Below are positions 15,858 through 27,318 of a stretch of DNA of 64,000 nt, in pieces. This stretch comes from Adineta vaga. Lineage: Eukaryota; Animalia; Rotifera. The stretch lies in the NCBI GenBank assembly GCA_021613535.1, contig CP075494.1, positions 10,292,001-10,356,000 of the forward strand, in the 5' to 3' direction. The stretch's first letter is position 1. Each line of letters begins with the position of its first letter. Made by a program: the position numbers and the translations under genes. The notes under the pieces are model-generated. The model was given only the letters and a program-made list of their open reading frames with translations. It did not search any database and was not told where the DNA came from.

Positions 15858-16515
15858 TATATATAATCTAGAGAAAACAGTAACAAGATCCTGAATGTAA
15901 TTCACATGCCAAATACGAAATTCTGTCTATTTAAACACTGCGATCATTGAGACGCCATTCAAGTTACAGAACAGAATAAAAGTACATAATAATACACGTT
16001 GATTCTTTTGCTTCTCCGTCGTATATATATAATTCTTTTACAAAATCGTTGTATACAGTCTCGCATTTGTAAAAAACCATGACAAAGAACACATTTTTTT
16101 CATCGATAGAAAGCAATTCCCGAAACATGCAAAACTTTCGTAAATGTATTTCATTGTAAATATCTATAAAAAAAAGAAGAGAAGGAACTGAGAAATGGTG
16201 AAGGTATTTGATAAGGAGATGAGACGATGACTCATCAAGTAAAAGATAAAACTCAACTCATTCTCGTCTAGTGTCGAGAAATAATTATAAACAAAAAAAA
16301 AAGAAACTCGTTTTCGTCATTTTACATCATGACATTCAATCATCTTCAGTCACCTTTCTTTTCTTTCATCGATGTTTTGTCTTTATAGACAAATATCAAA
16401 TGTTCTCTTCGTCGGTATTTCTTTTATAAAGAATAAGTCTATAGTGTTAAACAATCGATAAGAATACAACTGTTTATCGGTAGTAAAGACATCATTGAAA
16501 CAACAGAAAATAACT

Positions 16516-17599
16516 ATGGAAATAGGAATAAAAATGCAGGTAAGAAATTACTTTTTTTTCTTCTTAGTTAAATATAAGATGAGTGTTATCACCTGTTACT
16601 TTACTGGCGTGAAACCAAGCGAAAAACAACACAAGAGTATTTTTCTTCAAAGTAAAAAGAAAAGACATGCATTGATCAATCATTCTAATCCATTTGATAT
16701 TTAATGTAAAAAGAAAACTGATATTGGACAAATAGAAATATACAATAGAATAGCATGAAAATTTTTCTGATTTAGATTTGTTTTTTTCTTCTGATATTGA
16801 TTACAAAAAATATTTTTTGTACAACGGTACACTATAAATGGATGTATCACAAACCGTATGGAACTACAGTAAATCTTGAACCACTGTTTAATCAGACGCA
16901 ATGTCTTCCTCAATCTCAATGCTATTGGCTATTACCTGATAAATATACTCGACTTACTTATCCGATAAATACAAGTTTATCATCGAAGTATACCATAGCG
17001 GCAGATGGAGTTTTAACTATTGTTGATATCCAATCAAGTGATAATGGAATTTATCATTTCTTTCAAATGAATAATAGTAATTGGATTGTATCAAAAGCAT
17101 TATTAAATTTACATGGTGCACCATTTGCTTCACTATGGTTGGAATATTGGCCAAATGTAAATACTTGATTGAGTTGTTAATTCTATGCTTTTTTTCTATT
17201 TACTTGTTTTTTATTTGAAGGTTGTCGGTGGTCTTGTAGCAATGGCGGGTAATAAAATGATACTTAAAGTTTTACTATATTAATAATTGATTTCTCTAGC
17301 TGTTCTGATTACATTCGGTGTAATTGTATTAGCTAATAAATATCGGTATCGTCCTCCCCCGACTTCATCAACACAACGTTTATCCAAACGACCTGGTACA
17401 GTTGAACCTATGGCAATCGAACGAATGAATCCAGGTAAGGAAAATCGTTACTGTGTAAAGACATTAGAGTTCTTCACCTTTCTATTCAATAGTATTTCTT
17501 AATGATGATACTGATATCAGTACAAGTCAACAACGTCGAAACAGTAGTCGTTCGTCAACAACTAGTAATGCAACTAATCTTCGTGTTGTACAATTTTAA
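16516..17599 (+). CDS. Small type I membrane protein with a single Ig-like domain (exons ~16516-16539, 16776-17156, 17221-17248, 17300-17434, 17494-17599)
   Basis: MEIGIKMQ|ICFFLLILITKNIFC signal; YWLLP...GVLTIVDIQSSDNGIYH (Ig-like DxGxY); TM VVGGLVAMA|AVLITFGVIVLA; basic cytoplasmic tail. Confidence 0.7.
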
Positions 17600-18318
17600 A
17601 TCGAAAAGATCTGACTTTTCTAATCAACATATTTAAATATCTGAAGAAAAACTATACTCATTGATAAACAATCATAAATTTATATCTTTACAACAAGCCT
17701 CATGTAGAATGCTATTAGTAAGAAATACGTTTCATTGAATAAAACTTAAACCTTACATACTTATCCCTACTTCAAGCAAATCGTTATATCATAGCCAAAT
17801 AATATCGTGGGAGAATATGACATACAAAAACAAAAAAATAAACAAGAATGCCTCTAGGGAAACCATCAAAGAGAGAATGTGCGATGTAGTTTCTGAGAAT
17901 GGTCGTAACAGAACTGAATATATGGTTTGATCATCGTGTTGATAGAAGAAAGAAAGGGAGACAAATAAATATATAAAAATTCCCATCCAGTAGCATGTGG
18001 TTGTCTATTAGAAGATCATAAAGATATTGGCTAATGATGTAAGATGTAATTCGAAAACTATATTTTTCAATCAATGAATCATACATTCTATGTCGACATT
18101 TTATTATCTAAGAAGAATTAAATATTGTTATTTTTATAACGACATATCTTTTGTGTTCGATACTCTATACTGAATGGAAAAAAAACCTTTGAACTTTTTC
18201 TTTATGCACAACAATTACGCTGTTTATTAATTATAACAAAAACAAAGAACATGTTCATAAGTCTGATGCGAATTTTCCAAAACATTTATTTTATCTACAG
18301 TAAGAATAGAATATGAAC

Positions 18319-18630
18319 TTAATTTTTATTCAACGATGGTTTTATTGCAAGCATTTGGGCATTAAAAACGCGATCACATTTGAAGATTTTTAAATCACAT
18401 TTATAATGTTCAGGACAGCAATGTATACGATCTGAACAACAGACACCATCTTGAAGTGGACAACAAGAATAATCACCATCGGTAGAAATACAACATGTAC
18501 TGGTCGACGGACATATTGATACTGCATCAGGACAAATAATCTCTGAATTCCCCGGTGACTTTTCCTCGATGGTATCAGTATATACCATCATGTATAATGA
18601 GCAAACTATGATGATCACATATATCTTCAT
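18319..18630 (-). CDS. Secreted single-domain granulin
   Basis: Signal peptide plus a 12-Cys granulin motif CPD...CPSTSTCC...CCPLQDGVCCSDRIHCCPEHYKCD...C; intronless. Confidence 0.9.
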   Translation of the reverse strand: MKIYVIIIVCSLYMMVYTDTIEEKSPGNSEIICPDAVSICPSTSTCCISTDGDYSCCPLQDGVCCSDRIHCCPEHYKCDLKIFKCDRVFNAQMLAIKPSLNKN

Positions 18631-20443
18631 TATTATGTATAAAATAATAAAGTGACGATCGCTTTACTTGATACTATAATCTCAACTGATGAAACAAGAA
18701 ATGTGGACAATAGATAGCTTTGTGCCAACTATTATAAGTACGAAAATAGAACGAGAACGTACTAAAAACAAAGAAAACATCTGGAAATATTCACATGCAA
18801 ATATGATGTCTTGATCAAAAGTCATCATTTAATAAAATAGAACTTATCACGCATCAATAGCATGATCGAAGAATACGTCGATTTTTCTAATTAATTAAAA
18901 AATTGTGATATGAATTATCGTCCTAATTCTAGTTGTTCAGAATTCACCTGCTTATTCGATACTTGTGAAGTGATTGTTCGTATTTCAAAAACAACATGAA
19001 TATAATGACTCTTCAAAAAAACGACCTAGACGACATTTATCTATCCAGCAAACATTGTATCGCCTCAATAGAAATGACATCGTCTATAAAAATCAATCGA
19101 TATGTACTAATTATCATTATATTTCTACTTTTTTCCTTGATTTTGCCTTGCAGACATATTTTTTCATGGAATTTAACAAAATTTGACTACAATCAAGAAA
19201 ACACGTTCAGTTTGAGTTATACTAATATTTCGTTATGATTGTATCACACTTTCCTGTCAACTGACATATTCATATTTTCATTACTTTGAATGTTTATTAT
19301 GTGTTAAATCATACAAAAGAAAAAGACGATAATAGGTGTTGGCCTAAACACTTGTAACAATACATCTACGTGTGAAACAATGTATGCAAGCAATGTTCAT
19401 CACTGACAATGTTATTGAAAAATACACTTGGTTTGATTTTTGATCTAGAATACCATTTTAATTCTAAATTTTCTCACTAATAAAGACTCGCGATATTTCA
19501 TGTTACATAGGTATCATAATAACGATTGATCTGATAAAAAATTTCAATAAATAGACGAGAAAAGTGCTACATAATTCGCATAAATTGATTGATCATTAAA
19601 AGTCGAAAATATCATATCTCCGAATGACATTTTCTATTGGTGTTAATATCAAGTAAATGCTCAGTAAATCGATCATGATATTCAAAGAAATTTTCCATCC
19701 TATTCATTATTAACATACGGAAAGTAATTTGAAGAAAATAAGCTTTTTTTACTATTCACACTATATGAAACTAATTATATAGTCTCCATATAAAAAGCCA
19801 TCTAATTCAATAATTTGTTTTGAGAAATGTTCCAGACAGAATCAAAGTATATTGTAAATCATGAACATATTCTTATAACCAAGAAAATCAACTCTTTCGT
19901 TATTCTTAAAAAAGAAAATAATTAGTAAAGTTGTTAGTTATATGTCCATTTCTTTTTGGAAAATATATTTCATTTTAAAGAACTATATATATTAGTAGGA
20001 CATCATAAGAATCTACTTATTCTACCGGATATCATATATAGAAAACTTGTTATGAATATATTCGAGGTCTTTTTATATTTACTTCGATATTTCAGTTGAT
20101 TTCCGCTTTCATATTGATTGATTTCGATGATCGGAAGCAAGTGATAGTACTATGATTTTTTAAATATAGACCAATTGTCAATCTTTTGCTCGAATAAAAT
20201 TAATAATAAACATAGATTTATGCAATGAATGATTAGTAAGAAAAAGAAAACCAACATTTCTCTTTCTTCTTTTGTTCCATTTTTATTTATTATTCTGCAT
20301 TTAGTTTACTATGAAAGAACTCGAGCTGTCATTGTAGTTCTTTCTTTTTCCTTTTCTCTCTGTTCCTGTCTCTTTTACATTGCGTTATATATTTCTACTT
20401 CTTCTTCTTCTTCTTATATTCTTTTGTTTTCACTTACATAAAA

Positions 20444-21307
20444 ATGAATATCTTCACGCAATTGGCAACACAATTTCTTATCAATAAAAATACACTTATT
20501 CAACTATTAAAAAATTCACGTTGTTCAAATGAATTTATCACCGAATTTCGTAACAATCATATCTATATCACTGAAGATATTATTCGACAAAAAATTCGCG
20601 TATTATGTTTACTTACAGAAGATAAATCTTTTCAAGATTTACTCTGTCATGATAATGGTATTCAATTAGTTTTTCATGCTACACCACATGAATATCGTTT
20701 TATGCGATTTCGAATTAGTTTTGATATTAAATTCATCACGATTATTTTAAATAATGAACAACAAACATTACAATTTTTAATTAGTAATATTCAAATCAAA
20801 TCATTGAATTATCTTTCTAAACCATTTCGATTTTGTATTCAGGTAAGAAAAGTTTCGATATATACTATTGAAAAAAATCAGTCTTGATTGTTATAAGAAA
20901 AAACTGAATCAGCTGATCGTATAAACATTAGTTTGATTTAGTACATTCTGTTTGCTATAATGAGTATTTTGTTTAAAAAAATATATAATTTAGAAAAGAA
21001 AAGTATTTGAGTAATTAAAAGAAAAGTAGACGATTCTGTTTGTTTGTTTGTTTTGTATTGAACTTGATGTTGAGTAAATGGCATCATATATGTTAATTAT
21101 TTTACTAAGTAATTGTGTTTGTACTCTTTTGTTGGATAAAAATATCTTCGTTGACTTGATTGTATCATATTTCTATAATTATCATTATATAAAAGAATTT
21201 TATATGAGTAGATTATGATTTTATGTTAACAACAAATGTTATTTTTGTCTAGGCATTGTGACAAAGAATTACAGAATAAATATTTTCGACATTTATTTAT
21301 TCTAATT

Positions 21308-21342
<35 letters not shown>

Positions 21343-21729
21343 TCATACAGAAAATAGTTAACAAATTATCATTATTATTATTCTTGAACTTTTGTTTTCT
21401 TTTTCTAGTCAAAAGCTCGAACGCTGGTGATTGATGAATTCGAACGTATATGTACAGAACAACATATTTCATATGAACGATTATTTAAGAATATTAAACG
21501 ACCATTAGTTTATCGAATAAGTCTATCCAGTATGAAAGAATTAAATCATTTACGTGAACGTCATTTACTTATTGGTAATCGATCAATACTTGATTTAATA
21601 CAAATAACATGTATTGAACATCGAGAACAAGCAATTGTATTAGATTATCGTTTAAAAACATCAGACGAAGATAAAATGTATTCGTCTGTTCAACAAATAT
21701 CTTTTGTAAAACGTTCCGTGCTATTGTAA
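20444..21729 (+). CDS. Hypothetical protein of ~240 aa, two exons (20444-20842, 21409-21729)
   Basis: CAG|GTAAG donor at 20843 and TTCTAG acceptor at 21408 join two ORFs in frame; globular-looking composition. Confidence 0.65.
21311..21337. repeat. (AT)n microsatellite
   Basis: Direct dinucleotide run within an intron. Confidence 0.9.
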
Positions 21730-22386
21730 AATAAATTTGTCAGAAGAAAAAGGTCAAATTTGATAATCATTATTATCAATTAATATTTACTTCTCATTAT
21801 TGTCTATTTCCGTGATAAATATTTATCACTCTAGGAATTTTTAGAAAAAATCAGAAGTATTACGTGACATTGTTAAGAACTGTTTTACTTCATGAGAGTC
21901 AATAATTTTCTAATAGGGGAAACACTTGAGGAAAACTCATCTGACTTAAGACCAGGAAAACCTTGACATTGATGCAAAAGCCATAGATGATCTTTGTTTA
22001 TGCAAGACTTTTAAAGATAAAGTAGTGATTTAACTTTGGTTTCATAAGAATAGCATTCGAATGAATTTCTAGAAAAACTTTCACATGTCAGAGACAAGTA
22101 TTATGACTTATTAGAGTTCATGAAATCCATGCATTCCGATGTATATTTTTAATCGAAATAGAAGATTGTGACTGAGTAATAGTCTATTTTTATTCTTTCA
22201 TGACAAAACGATATTTTAACGCATGGATAATTTCATTGAAATTTACAACGTAAATTGACTCATACTACGTATTTGATATTGATTCATTACAGCTATTTTT
22301 GTATCTTTCTTCCAAAACAAAACTGTAGATATATATATATATCATACTTATTTGATTCTGCATAAAGTTAGATCTAATCATACAAT

Positions 22387-24014
22387 ATGACAAAAACTAG
22401 AACAGTAGCGATTATAGGTGCGGGTGCTTGTGGTTTAGTATGTGCTAAAACGTTATTAGATGATGGATTCAATGTAACTCTTTTCGATCGACAAAAAGAA
22501 TTAGGTGGTATTTGGTCTGCTGAATCTGCCTATGCTGATCTACATAGTCAACAACCGGGTGGAACATTTGAATTTTCTGGTATATTCAATGGCGAAGGTA
22601 AAAATGTCTGTTCTTACAATTCATTTTAAATCTTTTGTCAACTTTAGAATTTGCACCTTGGCAACATGTCCATAATTATCTACAAAAATATGCTGATCTA
22701 TTTCATATAACAGAACGAATTCAATTTCAAACACGTGTTATTTCAATTTCTAAAGATGATCTAAAAAATGATACTATACCTTGGATTATTAAAACAGAAA
22801 CAATCAATAGTCAAGAAAAAATACATGAATTTGATTTAGTAGTTGTTGCAAGTGGTCTTTATTCTCAACCATACATACCCAACTATCCTGGTCAAAACAA
22901 GTTTGCTGGTTCCATTGTATCCCCATGGGCTATTAAATCACATGATCAACTTGTTAATAAACGTGTTGTTGTTGTTGGTCATGGTAAATGTGCAACAGAT
23001 ATGGCAGTCTTAGCTGGTCATCATGCTCTTTCATGTCATATCGTTTTTCGTAAAGCACACTGGATGCTTCCACGTAGAATTGTCAATGGTCTATTACCTT
23101 CACGAATGTTATGTACACGTATCTTTTCTATTCCATTTACTCCAATACCCAATGCGCCATATTCTAATATATTTCGTTTTCTTCATGAAAAATATCCGAA
23201 AATATTTACTGCAATGACCGATGTTATAGCCAATGATGTCATAGCGGCGCATGGATCAGATTGGACGAAAGATGAAATATTTATTCCAAAGCATGGATTT
23301 CGTAATCTAGAGAATATTTCATTAGTTCCAACTGATTTTTTTCCACTTAAACGTCAAGGTCGAATTGTTGGAAAATTAGGTACCATTAAAGAAATCGTTG
23401 ATGAAACAACCATTCGACTTAACTCAGGAGAAGAATTACAAGTGGATATGATCATTTCAGCGACCGGTTTTATTCGACAATTTCCTTTTTTTTCTCTAAA
23501 ACATTCTGAAATGTTGGGTTTAACTACTTCAACTAATGGTACTGACCTTAATCTTTATCGTCGAGTTGTACCTATCGGTATACCCAATATTGCTTTTATT
23601 GGTTTCACAGGATCTGTAGGTAATTGGATGATTGCTGAAGTTACCAGTCATTGGATTTCAGATTATTTTCTTGAACGAATGAAACTTCCTGATACCGAAG
23701 AAAAAATGTATGAAGAAATTAAAGTAAATAATTCATTTATTCGAAGTGTATTCTATCGAAATGTATATGATTATCGATACTATTGGATAGCTCCAATGGA
23801 AATCTATTTAAACGACATGGGCTTAGATTTACACCGAACGAATAATTGGATATCAGAGTATTTTGGAGTATACCGTCCAGAACGTTTGAAAGATTTGCAT
23901 TACGAACGAAAAACAATAGCAGAAACTGGACATAAACCACGACGATTTTATTTAAGTTTTGAATTGACAATCATTATTATTTTATTTTTGTTAATTATTT
24001 GTTTTTATATGTAA
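22387..24014 (+). CDS. Flavin-containing monooxygenase (class B), one intron ~22599-22648, C-terminal TM helix
   Basis: VAIIGAGACG (FAD), LGGIW, DLVVVASG, VVVVGHGKCATD (NADPH), DMIISATGF. Confidence 0.9.
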
Positions 24015-24382
24015 ACTAAATTTCTCTTTTTGTACAATTCAACTGTATAACTTTTTATTTGAAAACAAAAATTAATGTTCTCATAATCCGTCTATAATGA
24101 ACAGAAATATAATATGTTTTCATCGAAGTATAGATCGATTTTTCTTTTATGCACGATCATCACGAAACAGAATGACAAGCAGATTCATGAAATTTTTATT
24201 CATTGTCATATGATCGAAAAGAATCTTGTGTATAAAATACTGATTAATATTTGATTTCAATCAAACCATAATACCCATTGATTTGCAATGGCTTAGATTC
24301 GTTTGTCATCGATATATAAAGATGAGAATATACGCTAGACAGTTATTCTTTTCAAGTCCAATCTGATTCGACTAACATCATA

Positions 24383-24802
24383 ATGTTAAAATTATACTCC
24401 CTTTTCCTTCTCATCGTTGTTCTTCATGCCGAACAATTTCAAGCAGATTTGCAATTAGATTATTTATTTCCATCGATGATTTTTGAACCAGCTATGAAAT
24501 TATCACCGCCATATCAAGGACATTCTTATTCATATTCATTTATTGTTCCTCCACCAAGCAAACTCTATGGCCCTCATACTGCTTTCTATCTTTTTGCTGG
24601 TCAACCAAAAAGCAAAACTGCTGGAATTGTTATCAAGCAAGATGGACAACTTTTTCAAATATTAACTGGTAAACAATATTGGCAATCAAATAAAGTACCA
24701 ATGTCATTGGCAATGGACGAAACAACCATTGAATTATATATTCAAGATGGAGATAAAGTTGGTCCTACTTATACTATTCATGTTAAACGAGCAAATGTTT
24801 AA
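24383..24802 (+). CDS. Secreted protein with a stand-alone cadherin-like beta-sandwich domain
   Basis: Signal peptide; LSPPYQGHSYSYSFIVP...VPMSLAMDETTIELYIQDGDKVGPTYTIHVKRA matches the LxPxF...Y...L..G.N.I.I.V...TYTI.V.R pattern; intronless. Confidence 0.7.
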   Translation: MLKLYSLFLLIVVLHAEQFQADLQLDYLFPSMIFEPAMKLSPPYQGHSYSYSFIVPPPSKLYGPHTAFYLFAGQPKSKTAGIVIKQDGQLFQILTGKQYWQSNKVPMSLAMDETTIELYIQDGDKVGPTYTIHVKRANV

Positions 24803-25094
24803 TTGTATTACAAAATACTTTTGCTTTTCTTTTGAATGAAACTATAAAAATAAAAAAAACTATTCACACAATTCATTATAGGTTTCTCTCTCATAGATCA
24901 TCAATCTATCCTTTGAAAATTTTTAGATTCAACAAGAATATTTTGCTCGACATTTTGAGTAAATAGAACGGAAAGAAAAGAAACTGTCATGTCAGCATAA
25001 GAAAAATTTTCGCAATGTCATAATGAGTATGCAATATGAATCGCCCTCCTATAAAAAGATTTTTTCTAACGTTCAAGCTATTTTCCGCATTAAA

Positions 25095-25794
25095 ATGCAA
25101 TCGTCACATTTGCCATTTTTGAATTATGTTTTGCAACATAGTCAAGCAGGAAATATTCAAAATGTAATTAATACTATTGATCATTACGGATGGACGAAAG
25201 GATGGTTAATGAATATTGGTGATCAGAAAGGTCAGATTCTTGATGATGCAATTCGATCACGAAGACCAAAAACTGTACTTGAACTTGGTAAGCAACTACT
25301 TTTTCTCTTGGTAACTTATTTCATTGATCAATTAAAATTATTCAGGTACATTTCTTGGTTACAGTTCATTGAGAATGGCAGCCCAAGTACCGAATGATGC
25401 TACAATTATTTGTGTAGATATAAATCCTGAAACAACAGAAATAGCACGTGCTATTCATAAACATGCTGGAGTTGAAAATCGAATTCAAATTATTGTTGGT
25501 TCATCAGAACATGTGATTCCTCAATTGAGAAAAAAGCTTCATATCGATTCATTTGATTTGATTTTTATTGATCATTATGGTCAACATTATTTACGTGATT
25601 TTAAATTATTAGAAGAATATGGTTTGATTCGATCTGGAACGATGATCGTAGCTGATAATGTCATTGCTCCTGGTGCACCTGATTACCTGAAATATCTTCA
25701 AAATAATCGAAATTATAAAACAAAAACATATGAATCAGTTGTTGAATATACGAATGATATGGTAGATGGTGTTGAAATATCCGTACGAAATTAA
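25095..25794 (+). CDS. COMT: Catechol O-methyltransferase-like, copy 1 (intron 25288-25345)
   Basis: MNIGDQKGQILD, VLELG|TFLGYS, DLIFIDH, IVADNVIAPGAPDYL, DGVEIS. Confidence 0.9.
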
Positions 25795-26234
25795 TAGTTT
25801 CAAATTTTCATTGTATATTTAATAACGAGGATAAAATCTTTTTGTCGGCCAATAAAAAAAATAAGCTCCATTTGTAAATTCTAATATATAATTGAATTGA
25901 GAAATTTATATGAGATTTATCAATGAAATGAAAGAATAGAAAAACATTATGAAAGAAGAAAGCTAACGATTAATTTTGCAAAAACAAATTCAGATATGAA
26001 CATTCAAAATTAAGAAGAACGTATGATAAGGGAATAATAATACTACGAACATCTGATTCATCATTGAAATGAGTAATACAAAATGTGAAACAAACTTTTC
26101 ACACGATTGTTTTCAAAAATTACACTCAATATGAAATTGATCAAGGCAGAACAATATTTGTTACATTTATTATATTTTTTCTTTGATATAAATTGACGTG
26201 TTCTATAAACTAAACTTTCATTTTGATTGAAAAA

Positions 26235-26938
26235 ATGTATTCATCTTATGCACCGTTTCTCAATTATGTTCTTCAAAGAAGTCGACCCGGTGATATTCAT
26301 AGTGTGATTAATGCTATTGATGAATATGGATGGACAAGAGAATTCTTAATGAATATTGGTGATCGGAAAGGTCAAATTCTTGATCAAGCGATTCGATCAC
26401 GAAGACCAAGAACAGTTCTTGAACTTGGTAAACTTTTTCTTCTTCTTGTCATTTCACTTAAATATTAAAGACAATTGATTTCTTGTCAGGTACCTATCTC
26501 GGCTATAGTTCATTAAGAATGATATCTCAATTACCTCGAAATTCGATGATAATTTCAATTGACAGAAATCCTGAAACAGCACGAATAGCTCGTGCTATTC
26601 ATAAACATGCTGGAGTTGAAAATCGAATTAAAATTATAGTTGATTCAACGAGAAATATCATTCCTCAATTGAGTAGAAGATACGGTATTCGTTCATTTGA
26701 TTTCATTTTTATTGATCACGATGGTTCTGATTATTTACGTGATTTTATGTCATTGGAACAATATGGTTTAATTCAATCTGGAACAATGATTACAGCTGAT
26801 AATGTGATCACTCCTGGTGCACCTGATTATTTGAGATATCTTCGAAATAATCGAAAGTATAGAACCAAAACATATGAATCAACAATTGAATATCGAAGTG
26901 ATATTATCGATGGAGTTGAAATAACAATACGACGTTAA
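26235..26938 (+). CDS. COMT: Catechol O-methyltransferase-like, copy 2 (intron 26428-26489)
   Basis: MNIGDRKGQILD, VLELG|TYLGYS, DFIFIDH, ADNVITPGAPDYL; same intron position as copy 1. Confidence 0.9.
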
Positions 26939-27318
26939 TTAATTTTGACTTGAATTTGAAAAACTACTCAAAAAGAAAATCTTCATTATTTGTAATGAAA
27001 TAAAATAATTTGAGATTTATTTTGTAAAATTGATTTAAAAACAACAAGCTTTTTTCTTGTATCTTCAAAAGTCACCGTTGTCACACATGAATGCTCTTTT
27101 CGGTTTATAACACAAGCGTAGAATGTTTTAACTATGTATGTATGTATATCGATACGGGCATGTCACGCGACGACATTACTATCATTCAATACATAGTGTC
27201 ACATTAGTCCTTTTCCTCTCAACCTTGTTCAATAGTCGTTAAAAGGTAAGACAAACTTTGTCAAATAATTTTCTCTTCTCGATTTTCATTCACTTATTAT
27301 TTAATTTTATTAGGAATT

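Noticed and set aside
17789-17986. 65-aa hydrophobic ORF
   Set aside because: Hydrophobicity is explained by T-rich composition; no other support
18996-19238. 80-aa ORF with one hydrophobic segment
   Set aside because: Could be a gene fragment, but no coherent downstream exons were found
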